A DNA stretch of 64,000 nt from the NCBI GenBank assembly GCA_963711215.1, contig CAVQDH010000012.1, positions 7,316 to 71,315 of the forward strand, in the 5' to 3' direction. Positions 40,268-50,517 of this stretch are shown piece by piece; position 1 is the first letter of the stretch; every line of letters starts with the position of its first letter. The stretch is from an uncultured Alphaproteobacteria bacterium. GTDB taxonomy: Bacteria; Pseudomonadota; Alphaproteobacteria; UBA8366. Both the position numbers and the translations under genes were made by a program. Below the pieces are notes generated by a model. The model had not been told where the DNA came from. It saw nothing but the letters and a program-made list of their open reading frames with translations, and searched no databases.

Positions 40268-40409
40268 ATATTAGGCACCTGAGAAATTGACTACAATATA
40301 GGCATTGTACACGCATTTCGCATTTGCACAAGCATATGCTGCGGTACGAAAAGGCACCTGTCCGGAAGGGTTAATCCGACACGAATTAGGCACGAATTAG
40401 GGCAAATTC

Positions 40410-41209
40410 TCAGCTGAGCAAGACGTCGGTGACGAATTTGACCCCGGGATAGCCGAGCGTCACCAGCAGGTAGCCGACGAGCACGATCCGCGCCGCCCGC
40501 CGGCCGCGCAGCCCGACCTGGTAATGCGCAATCAGCAGCAGCCCGATCACCAGGAAGCCGACCACCGTCAGCACGGTCTTGTGGTCGAAGGTCAGCACGA
40601 CGCCGCGGTCGAAATACTCGTTGGCCATGCCGGTCAGGATGCCGACGCCGAGCACGATCTCCGACGCCAGCAGGAGGCCGAGCTCGAGCCGCTCCGCGTC
40701 GGCCACCGAGGGCAGCCTTTCCGTCAGCCAATAGCGCTGGCGATGCCTAGCGCCCGCTCCTGCAGCAAGACCGCCGTGCCGGCAATCGCCGCCAGCGTCA
40801 GCAGCACATAGGTGACGACGGACGCCACGATATGCAGCGCGATCCAGGCCGGCGGCGCCTCCGCCAGCAGCGGCCGCGCCGGCGCGTTGTGCCAGATCGT
40901 CGCGAGCACGCCCAGGAGGATGAGATAGGGCAGCAGGATCGGCGCGAGGCGCCAGGCGTGCCGCAGCGCCGCCGCCAGCACCAGGAACATCACCAGCGTG
41001 CCCGAGACCGTGACCCAGAGCGCCTCGGCAAAGCCGGTCTCCCAGCCCGCCCGCGCCTGCACCGCGGCCCAGGCCGTGGCGCCCAGGGCGGCCAGGCCGG
41101 CCAGCGCCCAGAAGCGGCCGTCGCGCGCGAAAGGACCATACTGGGCGGCCACCGCGGCCGGCACCAGGCTGAGCACCGCGGCGAGGCTGAAGACGGTCGT
41201 GCTGCCCAT
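40410..41209 (-). pseudogene. Cytochrome c assembly family membrane protein (CcsA/YpjD-like); frame break ~40750
   Basis: The hydrophobic N-terminal part [17 protein letters not shown]...WIALHIVASVVTYVLLTLAAIAGTAVLLQERAL lies in ORF 40724..41506. The C-terminal part RYWLTERLPSVADAERLELGLL...DHKTVLTVVGFLVIGLLLIAHY lies in the frame ending at 40410. Confidence 0.7.
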
Positions 41210-41318
41210 GGCGGCCTGTATAACACCGAAATTTCGGGATCGCACGGTCGCGCTTGGCAAGGCGGGCGCGAGCGGCCAATATGCCGCTCCTCTGAGCAGC
41301 GAGGTGGGATTCGGCAAG

Positions 41319-42512
41319 ATGGTACGCACGGTCGCCCTGGTCTTGGCCGGCGGACGGGGGACGCGCGCCGGCGGCGATATCCCGAAACAGTACCGCCGTA
41401 TCGCCGGCGTGCCGATGATGCGGCTGACCCTGCAGGCTTTCGCAGCGCATCCGCGCATCCAGGCGGTGCGCGCGGTCATCCATCCCGACGACCGGGCGCA
41501 ATACACCGCGCTGTGCGGCGACCTCGGCCTGGCGGAGCCCGCCTTCGGCGGAGAAACACGCCAAGGATCGTCCTATAACGGCTTGAAAAGCATCGAATCC
41601 CTGACCCCCGACAACGTCCTGATCCAGGACGCGGCGCGGCCCTTCACGGATGCCGGCACGATCGACCGGGTGATCGACGCGCTGGGCCGGGCGCCGGGCG
41701 CGGTCGCTGCCGTGCCGGTCATCGACACGATCAAGCGCGGCGACAAGCGAACGGATGGCGGCGACCGCATCTCCGCCACGGTCGACCGGTCGGGGCTGTG
41801 GCGGGCGCAGACGCCGCAGGGCTTCCAATACCGGCCGATCCTCGCCGCTTTCCGCGCGGCCGGCGGCAACACATACACCGATGACGCGGCGGTCGCGGAG
41901 GCCGCCGGACTGGAGGTAGCGCTGGTCATGGGCCACGAGGACAACATCAAGGTGACCACCGAGCGGGATTTCGCCCGCGCCGAGCAGATCATGCGCGAGC
42001 GCGCCGGTAGCGGCGGCGGCAGTGGTGGCGCGGCGGGCGACATCCGCGTCGGCACCGGCTTCGACGTCCACCGCTTCGAGCCCGGCGACCATGTCACGCT
42101 CTGCGGCGTCCGGGTTCCCCACTCGGCCGGGCTGAAGGGGCATTCGGATGCGGATGCCGGGCTGCACGCGATCACCGACGCGATTTTCGGCGCGATCGGC
42201 GGCGGCGACATCGGCGACCATTTCCCGCCGAGCGATCCGCAGTGGCGCGCCGCCGACTCGGCGATCTTCCTGGCGAAGGCGGTGGAAGACCTCCGCGCCC
42301 GCGGCGGCGAGATCTGCAATCTCGACGTCACGCTGATCTGCGAGCGGCCGAAGATCGGCCCGCACCGGGCGGCAATGCGGGCGCGCATCGCCGAGATCTG
42401 CGCCATCGACCCCGACCGCGTCAACGTCAAGGCGACGACGACCGAAGAGCTCGGCTTCACCGGCCGGCGCGAGGGCATCGCCGCGCAGGCCGCGGCCACG
42501 GTGCGGCTGTGA
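41319..42512 (+). CDS. ispDF: Bifunctional 2-C-methyl-D-erythritol 4-phosphate cytidylyltransferase / 2,4-cyclodiphosphate synthase
   Basis: Internal ATG 41319 of ORF 40998..42512. IspD part: [19 protein letters not shown]. IspF part: [37 protein letters not shown]. Confidence 0.92.
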   Translation: MVRTVALVLAGGRGTRAGGDIPKQYRRIAGVPMMRLTLQAFAAHPRIQAVRAVIHPDDRAQYTALCGDLGLAEPAFGGETRQGSSYNGLKSIESLTPDNVLIQDAARPFTDAGTIDRVIDALGRAPGAVAAVPVIDTIKRGDKRTDGGDRISATVDRSGLWRAQTPQGFQYRPILAAFRAAGGNTYTDDAAVAEAAGLEVALVMGHEDNIKVTTERDFARAEQIMRERAGSGGGSGGAAGDIRVGTGFDVHRFEPGDHVTLCGVRVPHSAGLKGHSDADAGLHAITDAIFGAIGGGDIGDHFPPSDPQWRAADSAIFLAKAVEDLRARGGEICNLDVTLICERPKIGPHRAAMRARIAEICAIDPDRVNVKATTTEELGFTGRREGIAAQAAATVRL

Positions 42513-43018
42513 GCCGCCGCCTCGCCTTCTGGCATCCGGCCAGCCTGATCGCGACCGGTTGCGGCATCGGCAACATCCCGATCGCCTCGGGAAGCTGGGC
42601 GTCGCTGGCGGCCCTGCCGGTCGGCTGGCTGATCGCAAGCACGGTGGGCTCGCTCTGGCTGATCGCGGCTGGGCTGCTGGCGCTCGCGGCCGGCCTCTGG
42701 GCCTCCGCCCGCTACTGTCAGGCGAGCGGCGAAAAGGACCCGAGCCGGGTGGTGATCGACGAGATCGCCGGGCAATGGCTGGCGCTCGCGCCGATCGTCT
42801 ATCCCGACCCCGTGCTCTACGCCATCGCCTTCTTCGCTTTCCGCCTGTTCGACATCTTCAAGCCCTGGCCGGCCGGCTGGATCGACCGCGATATGCCCGG
42901 CGCGCCGGGCGTCATGCTCGACGATATCGTCGCGGGCATTTACGCTGCCGTCGTGGTGTACGGCTTCATCTATCTCGACACCGAGTTCGGGCTCCTGAAG
43001 CAACTGGGATATGTGTGA
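42509..43018 (+). CDS. pgpA: Phosphatidylglycerophosphatase A
   Basis: The GTG start overlaps the ispDF stop. Sequence: [21 protein letters not shown]..., [44 protein letters not shown]. Confidence 0.85.
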   Translation: MSRRLAFWHPASLIATGCGIGNIPIASGSWASLAALPVGWLIASTVGSLWLIAAGLLALAAGLWASARYCQASGEKDPSRVVIDEIAGQWLALAPIVYPDPVLYAIAFFAFRLFDIFKPWPAGWIDRDMPGAPGVMLDDIVAGIYAAVVVYGFIYLDTEFGLLKQLGYV

Positions 43019-43626
43019 TGTTTCCCAAGGCGATAACGGATAAAGCGAAGACTCTGCTGGAGATCTGTGAAGAAAAGCGGCTGATGCTGGCGACGGTCGA
43101 ATCCTGCACCGGCGGGCTGCTGGCCGGCTGCCTCACCGCCATTCCGGGCTCCTCCGCCGTGGTCGAGCGCGGCTACGTCACCTATTCCAACCAGGCGAAG
43201 GTCGAGGAGGTCGGCGTCGACCTGACGCTGATCGAGCGCCACGGCGCGGTCAGCCATGAAGTGGCGGCGGCGATGGCGGCGGGCGCGCTGCGCCACGCCC
43301 CGGTCGACCTCGCCGCCGGCATCACCGGCGTGGCCGGGCCCGGCGGCGGCACGGCCGAGAAGCCGGTCGGGCTGGTCTTCATCTCGGCCGCCGCCAAGGG
43401 CGAGCCGCCGGTCGTCCGGGAGAACCATTTCAAGGGCGACCGGGACGCGATCCGCGAGGCGTCCGTCGCCGTCGCGCTCGACATGCTGCTCGGCCTCGCC
43501 CGGGCGCTGAGTCAAGCAGCGTTGAACAGCGCGGCGAGCTCCCGCATCGGGTGCCCTTCCCGCTCCGCCATCGGCTTCAGCCGCCGGTCCCAATCGTCGA
43601 ACACGTTGAAGAAATCCGCCGGGTGA
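43018..43626 (+). CDS. CinA family protein (nicotinamide-nucleotide amidohydrolase PncC-like domain); 3' end uncertain
   Basis: [17 protein letters not shown]...LATVESCTGGLLAG..., GYVTYSNQAKV, ITGVAGPGGG. The ORF as given overlaps the convergent gene by 115 nt, and the conserved domain ends near 43500. Confidence 0.8.
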   Translation: MFPKAITDKAKTLLEICEEKRLMLATVESCTGGLLAGCLTAIPGSSAVVERGYVTYSNQAKVEEVGVDLTLIERHGAVSHEVAAAMAAGALRHAPVDLAAGITGVAGPGGGTAEKPVGLVFISAAAKGEPPVVRENHFKGDRDAIREASVAVALDMLLGLARALSQAALNSAASSRIGCPSRSAIGFSRRSQSSNTLKKSAG

Positions 43627-44330
43627 TGCAGCGGCAGCCAGTTGAGGCCGCGCAGCCGGGCGACGACCTCCGGCAGGTCGCCGGCCGTGGTGTCGTCCAG
43701 CACCTGTTCCAGATAGTACAGGCCGTCCTTGTGGAAGCTGAAGGCCCACAGCACGATCGCCGCCACTTCCGCGGCCCGCCCGGCGCTGGCGACGCTGAAC
43801 TGCACCTGGTCGAACAGCACCGTCCGGTTCCGGCCTTCGATCAGGAGGCAGATGCGCGGCTCCTCGTCGGTGTTTGCACTTTCGCGCGGGCGGCGGGCGA
43901 ACAGCAGCACCTTCTCGACCGGGGTCAGCGCGCGGCCGCCGAGCAGCTCCAGCACGCGCTGGCTCGCGAACAGCGTCTCGTAGGCGGTCGGCCGGTCGAG
44001 ACGGCGCAGCTTCACGGTCTCGCTCACCGCGTCGCTCGCGAACTCGATGCCCGCCCCGGTCAGCGCGCGCTCGATCGCTTCCAAGGTGCTGGTCCGCGGG
44101 TCGCCGATGCCGCGCTCGATGTTGTTCAGCGTCGCAAGCGAGATCCCCGCCCCATGCGCCAGGTCGGACTGCTTGATGCCGATGAGCGACCGTGCCGCCC
44201 GGATCTGCGATGGACTGACCACGCCCCCTGAACCTCTCGTGCCGTCAACGCCCGGAAATTCCGAACAATCCGATGCGGTGCGCAACGAATTACTTATGAT
44301 GCCTAATATACTAGGGAATCCCGGCGGCAC
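43512..44330 (-). CDS. XRE-family helix-turn-helix protein with an uncharacterised ~170-aa C-terminal domain
   Basis: HTH core SPSQIRAARSLIGIKQSDLAHGAGISLATLNNIERG. The ORF-track start at 44330 is a GTG. GTG 44221 (VVSPSQ..., preceded by gaggttcaggggg) is a plausible alternative start. Confidence 0.65.
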   Translation of the reverse strand: MPPGFPSILGIISNSLRTASDCSEFPGVDGTRGSGGVVSPSQIRAARSLIGIKQSDLAHGAGISLATLNNIERGIGDPRTSTLEAIERALTGAGIEFASDAVSETVKLRRLDRPTAYETLFASQRVLELLGGRALTPVEKVLLFARRPRESANTDEEPRICLLIEGRNRTVLFDQVQFSVASAGRAAEVAAIVLWAFSFHKDGLYYLEQVLDDTTAGDLPEVVARLRGLNWLPLHHPADFFNVFDDWDRRLKPMAEREGHPMRELAALFNAA

Positions 44331-44505
44331 CAGCCCAGGCGTTCCCTATATTTTGTGGATTTTCTTTTTGCACGCACAAGTTGTTGAGAGGGAGTTGCGG
44401 CCGAGTTCGGACTCGTTACGCGCGGCGAACGATGTCGCTGCGCTTGAAGTAGGGAAAGCTGCGCTTGAAGTAGGCGGGAAACGGCATCCAAGATCCAAAA
44501 AAGAC

Positions 44506-44623
44506 CGTCATTCGCCGGCGTGACCGGCGAATCCATGGCACGGCCTTACGGATCGACTCGGCGGCGCCGATGCCGATCGCAACGCCGTGCCGTGGACAAC
44601 CCCGATCAAGTCGGGTTGTGACG
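44506..44623 (+). repeat. Family-2 double-hairpin repeat, copy 3
   Basis: cgtcattcgccggcgtgaccggcgaatccatgg ... ccgtggacaaccccgatcaagtcgggttgtgacg. It gives MDSPVTPANDG in ORF 44303..44536. Confidence 0.8.
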
Positions 44624-44659
44624 ATTAGTGGGGTACGCCTGACGCTGCCCGCCCTTCCC

Positions 44660-45109
44660 TCACGCCGCCCCCTGCGTGCCGTAGAGCGCGTCGGCGCGCT
44701 GCTCGAAGGCGCGGACCATGCGGCGGACGGCCTCGTCGAACAGCCTGCCCATCAGCATCTCAAGGATGCGCGAGCGGAACTGGAACTCGATGTGGAAATG
44801 GATCACGCAGCGCCCCTCGCCGTCCGGCTCGAATCGCCAGTCGTTGACCAGGTATTTGAACGGGCCGTTCTCGTAGGTGACGCCGATCCGGCGGTTTGCC
44901 CGGTCGAGCGTCACCAGGCTGGTAAAGCGTTCGCGTATCCCCTTGAAGCCGATCGCAAGCTCGGCCCGCATGCGCGTCTCGCAGCGGCTCAGGATGCGCG
45001 CCGCGACGCACCAGGGCAGGAACTCGGGATAGCGCCCGACATCGGCGACCAGGTCGAACATCTGCTCCGGACTATGCGGCAGGACGCGCTGTTCGGAATG
45101 ACTCGGCAC
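44660..45109 (-). CDS. SRPBCC-fold protein, RatA / COQ10 family
   Basis: Intact 149 aa: SPEQMFDLVADVGRYPEFLPWC...FEPDGEGRCVIHFHIEFQFRSRI. It has the conserved position next to lipA. Confidence 0.82.
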   Translation of the reverse strand: MPSHSEQRVLPHSPEQMFDLVADVGRYPEFLPWCVAARILSRCETRMRAELAIGFKGIRERFTSLVTLDRANRRIGVTYENGPFKYLVNDWRFEPDGEGRCVIHFHIEFQFRSRILEMLMGRLFDEAVRRMVRAFEQRADALYGTQGAA

Positions 45110-45124
45110 GGAAAGGGGGAACGG

Positions 45125-46072
45125 TCAGACGGCCGCGAGCAGGCGCTCGCGCGCCTCCCGCAGCCGGAGGAAGTCGTCGCCCGCGTGATAGGACGAGCGG
45201 GTCAGCGGCGAGGCCGAGACCATCAGGAAGCCCTTGCCGCGCGCCTGCCGGGCGTAGCTCTCGAACTCGTCGGGCGTGACGAAGCGATCGATCGCCGCGT
45301 GCTTCGGCGTCGGCTGGAGATACTGGCCGATGGTGAGGAAGTCGACGTCGGCGGCGCGCAGGTCGTCCATCACCTGCAGCACTTCCGTCTTGCCCTCGCC
45401 GAGGCCCACCATCAGGCCGGACTTGGTGAAGATCGACGGGTCGATGCGCTTGACCCGGCTCAGCAGCTCCAGGCTGGTGAAGTAGCGCGCGCCCGGCCGG
45501 ATCGTCGGATAGAGCCGCGGCACCGTCTCGATATTGTGGTTGAACACGTCCGGCTTCGCTTCGGCGACGGTCTCGATCGCGCCGTCCTTGTGCATGAAGT
45601 CGGGCGTCAGCACTTCGATCGTCGTGCCCGGCGAGAACTCGCGGATGGCGCGGATGACGGCCGCGAAATGCGCCGCGCCGCCGTCGGCCAGGTCGTCGCG
45701 GTCGACCGAGGTCACCACGACATGCGCGAGGCCCAGCTCCTTGACCGCGGTCCCGACCTTCACCGGCTCCATCGCGTCGAGCGCCTTCGGCTGCCCGGTC
45801 GCCACGTTGCAGAAGGCGCAGGCCCGGGTGCAGGTCTCGCCCATGATCATGAAGGTCGCGTGCTTCTTGGCCCAGCACTCGCCGATGTTGGGGCAGCCCG
45901 CCTCCTCGCAGACCGTGTGCAGCCCCTTGCTCCGCATGATGTCGCGGGTCTCGAAATAGCCCTTCGAGGTCGGCGCCTTGACGCGGATCCAGTCCGGCTT
46001 GCGCTGGATCGGATTGTCCGGCTTGTTGCGCTTCTCCGGATGGCGGAGCGGCGTCGTGGGAGCGGTCGTCAT
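45125..46072 (-). CDS. lipA: Lipoyl synthase
   Basis: Intact 315 aa with both Cys clusters: [12 protein letters not shown] and [10 protein letters not shown]. Confidence 0.95.
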   Translation of the reverse strand: MTTAPTTPLRHPEKRNKPDNPIQRKPDWIRVKAPTSKGYFETRDIMRSKGLHTVCEEAGCPNIGECWAKKHATFMIMGETCTRACAFCNVATGQPKALDAMEPVKVGTAVKELGLAHVVVTSVDRDDLADGGAAHFAAVIRAIREFSPGTTIEVLTPDFMHKDGAIETVAEAKPDVFNHNIETVPRLYPTIRPGARYFTSLELLSRVKRIDPSIFTKSGLMVGLGEGKTEVLQVMDDLRAADVDFLTIGQYLQPTPKHAAIDRFVTPDEFESYARQARGKGFLMVSASPLTRSSYHAGDDFLRLREARERLLAAV

Positions 46073-46112
46073 GCCAATGCCTTAACGGGTGCTGCTTAAG
46101 CCCGGATTAAGA

Positions 46113-47525
46113 TTAGAAGTGGATCGCGCGGCCGTAGGCGTCAAGCACGGACTCGTGCATCATCTCCGACAGCGTCGGGTGCGGGAAGATCGCGTGCATC
46201 AGTTCGGCCTCGGTGGTTTCCAGAGTCTTGGCGATGCCAAAGCCCTGGATCAGCTCGGTGACCTCGGCGCCGACCATGTGCGCGCCCAGCAACTCGCCGG
46301 TATCCGCGTCGAACACGGTCTTGACCATGCCTTCCGGCTCGCCCAGCGCGATCGCCTTGCCGTTGCCGATGAACGGGAAGTGGCCGACCTTGACCTTGTG
46401 GCCCTTCTCCTTCGCCGCCGCTTCGGTCAGGCCGACCGAGGCGACCTGCGGCGTGCAGTAGGTGCAGCCCGGCACGTTGGTGGTATCCAGCGGATGCACG
46501 TCGTTGACGCCGGCGATCTTCTCGACGCAGATCACGCCTTCATGCGAGGCCTTGTGCGCGAGCCAGGGCGGCCCGACCACATCGCCGATGGCGTAGACGC
46601 CCGGCTCGCCGGTCGCCAGCCACTTGTCGACGACGATATGCGTGCGGTCGACCTTCACCTTGGTGCCCTCGAGGCCGATGTTCTCGACGTTGCCGACGAT
46701 GCCGACCGCCATGATCACCCGGTCGACCGTGATCTCGCTGGTCTTGCCGCCGGACTCGACCGTGGCGGTGACGCTGTCGGCGGCCTTCTTCAGCGCCTTC
46801 ACCGTCGCCTTGGTCATGATCTTCATGCCCTGCTTCTCGAAGGCCTTGTGCGCGAAGGCGGAAATCTCCTCGTCCTCGACCGGCAGCACGCGCGGCAGCA
46901 CTTCCACCACCGTGACCTCGGACCCGAGCGTGCGGAAGAAGCTGGCGAATTCGATGCCGATCGCGCCCGAGCCGACGACCAGCAGCCGCTTCGGCAGGCT
47001 GTCCGGGATCATCGCTTCCTTGTAGGTCCAGACCAGCTTGCCGTCCGGCTCCAGCCCCGGGAGCGTGCGCGCCCGGGCGCCGGTGGCGAGGATGACGTGC
47101 TTGGCGGTGAGGTCGGCGACCGGCTTGCCGTCCTTCGTGACCGCGACCTTGCGCGCGCCGGCCTGCCCGCCCGCCAGCTTGGCGAAGCCGTCGAACACCG
47201 TGACCTTGTTTTTCTTCAGCAGGAAGGCGACGCCGTTCGAGAGCTGCTTCGCGACCTTGCGCGAGCGTTCGACGATCTTCTTCACGTCGAAGGCCGCGTC
47301 CTTGACCGTGAAGCCATAGGCGTCGGCATGCTGGATCAGGTGCCACACCTCGGCCGAGCGCAGCAGCGCCTTGGTCGGGATGCAGCCCCAGTTGAGGCAG
47401 ATGCCGCCGAGATGCTGGCTCTCGACGACGGCCGCCTTCATGCCGAGCTGCGCCGCCCGGATCGCGGCGACATAGCCGCCCGGCCCGCCGCCGATCACGA
47501 TGAGGTCGAAAGAAGTATCCGCCAT
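46113..47525 (-). CDS. lpdA: Dihydrolipoyl dehydrogenase (E3)
   Basis: Intact 470 aa: VIGGGPGGY, redox-active CLNWGCIPTK, C-terminal HPTLSE. Confidence 0.95.
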   Translation of the reverse strand: MADTSFDLIVIGGGPGGYVAAIRAAQLGMKAAVVESQHLGGICLNWGCIPTKALLRSAEVWHLIQHADAYGFTVKDAAFDVKKIVERSRKVAKQLSNGVAFLLKKNKVTVFDGFAKLAGGQAGARKVAVTKDGKPVADLTAKHVILATGARARTLPGLEPDGKLVWTYKEAMIPDSLPKRLLVVGSGAIGIEFASFFRTLGSEVTVVEVLPRVLPVEDEEISAFAHKAFEKQGMKIMTKATVKALKKAADSVTATVESGGKTSEITVDRVIMAVGIVGNVENIGLEGTKVKVDRTHIVVDKWLATGEPGVYAIGDVVGPPWLAHKASHEGVICVEKIAGVNDVHPLDTTNVPGCTYCTPQVASVGLTEAAAKEKGHKVKVGHFPFIGNGKAIALGEPEGMVKTVFDADTGELLGAHMVGAEVTELIQGFGIAKTLETTEAELMHAIFPHPTLSEMMHESVLDAYGRAIHF

Positions 47526-47555
47526 ATCCCGTCCCTGGCTTCCGTCTTTGGTGCG

Positions 47556-47643
47556 GCCTCATGCTTCGACAGGCTCAGCATGAGGCTCCTTGCTGTTTCA
47601 ATGACCCGAGATGCCTCATCCTGAGCCTGTCGAAGGATGAGGC
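47556..47643. repeat. Family-1 palindromic element, copy D, between pdhC and lpdA
   Basis: gcctcatgcttcgacaggctcagcatgaggc ... gcctcatcctgagcctgtcgaaggatgaggc. It lies in the 141-nt pdhC-lpdA spacer. Confidence 0.8.
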
Positions 47644-47666
47644 CGGCACGCCGACGGCGCCGCCGC

Positions 47667-49015
47667 CTACAGCAGCATCGCCATCGGCTCTTCGACCATC
47701 GCCTTGAAGGCCTTGAGGAACTCCGCGCCGATCGCGCCGTCGACGACGCGGTGGTCGCAGGACAGCGTGCAGCTCATCAGCGTGGCAACGGCGAGCGCGC
47801 CGTTGCGCACGATCGGGCGCTGCTCGCCCGCGCCGATGGCGAGGATGGCGCCCTGCGGCGGGTTGATCACCGCGTCGAACTGCTTGATGCCGTACATGCC
47901 GAGGTTGGAGATGCTGAAGGTGCCGCCCTGGAACTCTTCGGGCTTCAGCTTGCCGTCGCGGGCGCGCGCCGCCAGGTCCTTCATCGCGGCCGAGATCGCT
48001 TCCAGGCCCTTGTTCGCGGCGTCGCGGACGATCGGCGTGATCAGCCCGCCGTCGATCGCCACCGCGACCGCGACGTCGGCCTGCTTGTAGAGCTTGATGC
48101 CCTGGTCGCTGAAGGACGCGTTGGCCGCCGGCACTTTCCGGAGCGCCAGCCCGCAGATCTTGATGATGAGGTCGTTGACGCTGAGCTTGTAGGCGCCGTC
48201 GGCCTTTTCGTTCAGCCGCTTGCGCAGGTCGAGCAGCGCGTCGATCTCGCAGTCCACCGTGAGGTAGAAATGCGGGATCGTCTGCTTCGCGAGCTGCAGG
48301 CGCTGGGCGATGATGCGGCGCATCGAGCTGAGCGGCTGCAGGTCGAAGGCCGGCTCGAAGGGCTGCGCGCCGGCGGAAGCCGGCATCGCCATCGGCGCCG
48401 GGGCAGCAACGGCGGGCGCGAGCGGGCATCGGCTTCGGCGCGCCGCCGGTCAGCGCCAACTCGATGTCACGCTTGACGATGCGGCCGTGCGGGCCGCTGC
48501 CGGCGATGCCGCCGAGGTCGAGCCCCGACTGCTGCGCCATGCGGCGCGCCAGCGGGCTCGCGAACACGCGGTCGCCGCCGGAGTCATGCCCATTGCCGCC
48601 GGTCCGCGCAGGCGGTCGCGGGCGGCGCCTTGGCCGCGGCGGGCGGCGGGCTCTGCGGCGCCGGTGTAGCGGCCGGGGCCGCTTCGGCCTTCGCGGGCGC
48701 AGGGGCCGGCGTCGGTGCGGGCTTGCTCTTGCCGGCATCGCCCGCTGCGCCGTCCAGCGCGCTGGCGTCCTCGCCTTCCTCGAGCAGCAGCGCGATCGGC
48801 GCGTTGACCGCGACGCCTTCGGTGCCTTCCGAGACCAGCAGGCGGCCGACCTTGCCTTCGTCCACCGCCTCGACCTCCATGGTCGCCTTGTCGGTCTCGA
48901 TCTCGGCGATCACGTCGCCCGCATTGACCGCGTCGCCTTCCTTGACGTGCCACTTCGCGAGGGTTCCCTCGGTCATCGTCGGAGAAAGCGCTGGCATGAG
49001 AATTCGTACCGGCAT
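47667..49015 (-). pseudogene. pdhC: Pyruvate dehydrogenase E2 (dihydrolipoamide acetyltransferase); frame breaks ~48430 and ~48605
   Basis: The lipoyl domain ([13 protein letters not shown]) lies in ORF 48584..49015. The E3-binding domain RVFASPLARRMAQQSGLDLGGIAGSGPHGRIVKRDI lies in a third frame. The catalytic domain (SCDHRVVDGA) lies in ORF 47667..48392. Confidence 0.9.
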
Positions 49016-49070
49016 GTCCTACTGTCCCGCCTTCGTGTGCGTTCGCATTCTGGTTATCCGCCCCGCCGGC

Positions 49071-50471
49071 TCAGCCCGCATAGGCGATCGACTTGGCCGC
49101 CGCCACGATGTCCTTGGGCTGCGGCAGGGCGAGCGCCTCGAGGTTGGCCGCATAGGGCAGCGGCACGTCTTTCGCGCAGACGCGGGCGACCGGCGCGTCG
49201 AGCCAGTCGAAGGCCTGCTCCATCACCTGGGCCGCGATCTCCGAGCCGACGCCGGCGAACGGCCAGCCTTCCTCGCAGGAAACGACCCGGTTGGTCTTCT
49301 TGACCGAGGCGACGATGGTCTCGATGTCGAGCGGCCGGATCGAGCGCAGGTCGATGACCTCGGCGTCGATCCCCTCGCCCGCCAGCATCTCCGCCGCTTC
49401 CAGCGCCTTGCCGACCATGATCGAATGCGCGATCAGCGTCACCGCGCTGCCGGGGCGGACGACCTTCGCCTTGCCGATCGGCACGATCCAGTCCGGATCC
49501 TCCGGCACTTCCGAGCTGTGGCCGTAGAGGATCTCGTTTTCCAGGAAGATCACCGGATTGGGGTCGCGGATCGCGGATTTGAGCAGGCCCTTGGCGTCGG
49601 CCGCCGACCAGGGCGACACGACCTTCAGGCCCGGGCAATGCGCGTACCAGCTGGCATAGCACTGGGAGTGCTGCGCCGCGACGCGCGCGGCCGCCCCGTT
49701 CGGGCCGCGGAAGACGATCGGGCAGCCCATCTGGCCGCCCGACATGTAGAGCGTCTTGGACGCGGAATTGATGATCTGGTCCATCGCCTGCATGGCGAAG
49801 TTGAAGGTCATATACTCGACGATCGGCCGGAGGCCCATGAAGGCCGCGCCGACGCCGAGGCCGGTGAAGCCGTGCTCGGTGATCGGCGTGTCGACGACGC
49901 GGCGGGCGCCGAACTCGTCGAGCAGCCCCTGGCTGATCTTGTAGGCGCCCTGATATTCGGCGACTTCCTCGCCCATCAGGAAGACCGACGGGTCGCGCCG
50001 CATCTCTTCCGCCATCGCGTCGCGCAGCGCCTCGCGCACGGTCTGGGTCTTCGTCGCGCCGGACCATTCCTTTTCCGCAGCCGGCGCGGCGGCGACGGGC
50101 TGCGGCGCAGGCCGCGCGGCGCCGTTGCCCGCGGCCGGCGGCGCTTCCGGCGCTTTCGGTTCGGGTGCGGGCGCCGGCGCCTCGGCTTTCGCGGCCGGCG
50201 CGGCTGCGCGGATGTCGGAGGCATCCTCGCCGTCCTGCAGCAAGACCGCGATCGGCGTGTTCACCGCGACCCCTTCGGAGCCCTCGGCGACGAGGATCTT
50301 GCCGAGCTTGCCTTCGTCGACCGCCTCGACCTCCATGGTCGCCTTGTCGGTCTCGATCTCCGCGAGCACGTCACCCGCCGTGACGTTGTCCCCTTCGGAT
50401 TTGAGCCATTTCGCCAGCTTCCCCTCGGTCATCGTCGGGGAAAGGGCCGGCATGAGAACCTGAATTGGCAT
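49071..50471 (-). CDS. pdhB: Pyruvate dehydrogenase E1 beta subunit with N-terminal lipoyl domain
   Basis: Intact 466 aa. Lipoyl motif [13 protein letters not shown], an Ala/Pro linker, then an E1-beta core ([13 protein letters not shown]..., [11 protein letters not shown]). Confidence 0.93.
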   Translation of the reverse strand: MPIQVLMPALSPTMTEGKLAKWLKSEGDNVTAGDVLAEIETDKATMEVEAVDEGKLGKILVAEGSEGVAVNTPIAVLLQDGEDASDIRAAAPAAKAEAPAPAPEPKAPEAPPAAGNGAARPAPQPVAAAPAAEKEWSGATKTQTVREALRDAMAEEMRRDPSVFLMGEEVAEYQGAYKISQGLLDEFGARRVVDTPITEHGFTGLGVGAAFMGLRPIVEYMTFNFAMQAMDQIINSASKTLYMSGGQMGCPIVFRGPNGAAARVAAQHSQCYASWYAHCPGLKVVSPWSAADAKGLLKSAIRDPNPVIFLENEILYGHSSEVPEDPDWIVPIGKAKVVRPGSAVTLIAHSIMVGKALEAAEMLAGEGIDAEVIDLRSIRPLDIETIVASVKKTNRVVSCEEGWPFAGVGSEIAAQVMEQAFDWLDAPVARVCAKDVPLPYAANLEALALPQPKDIVAAAKSIAYAG

Positions 50472-50517
50472 GGTGCGTTTCCTGTGGATGCTGTTTTCGC
50501 GTTGCGGCCCGGGCGCT

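Noticed and set aside
40268-40409. Three aGGCAC motifs (40272, 40342, 40387) and an 11-bp tandem cacgaattagg x2, as sigma54 promoter or NtrC sites for dusB-ntrBC
   Set aside because: The GG-N10-GC spacing of sigma54 promoters is not met at any copy. The motifs also lie on the wrong strand for driving dusB. The shared 11-mer tatattaggca with 44303..44313 is within chance expectation for a 64-kb window.
48864-50360. 41-nt perfect identity between pdhC (48864..48904) and pdhB (50320..50360), as a sign of recent gene conversion
   Set aside because: Both segments encode the lipoyl-attachment motif [14 protein letters not shown] of paralogous lipoyl domains, a known alphaproteobacterial arrangement. 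Strong GC3 codon bias makes identical codon choice likely, and the flanks diverge quickly.
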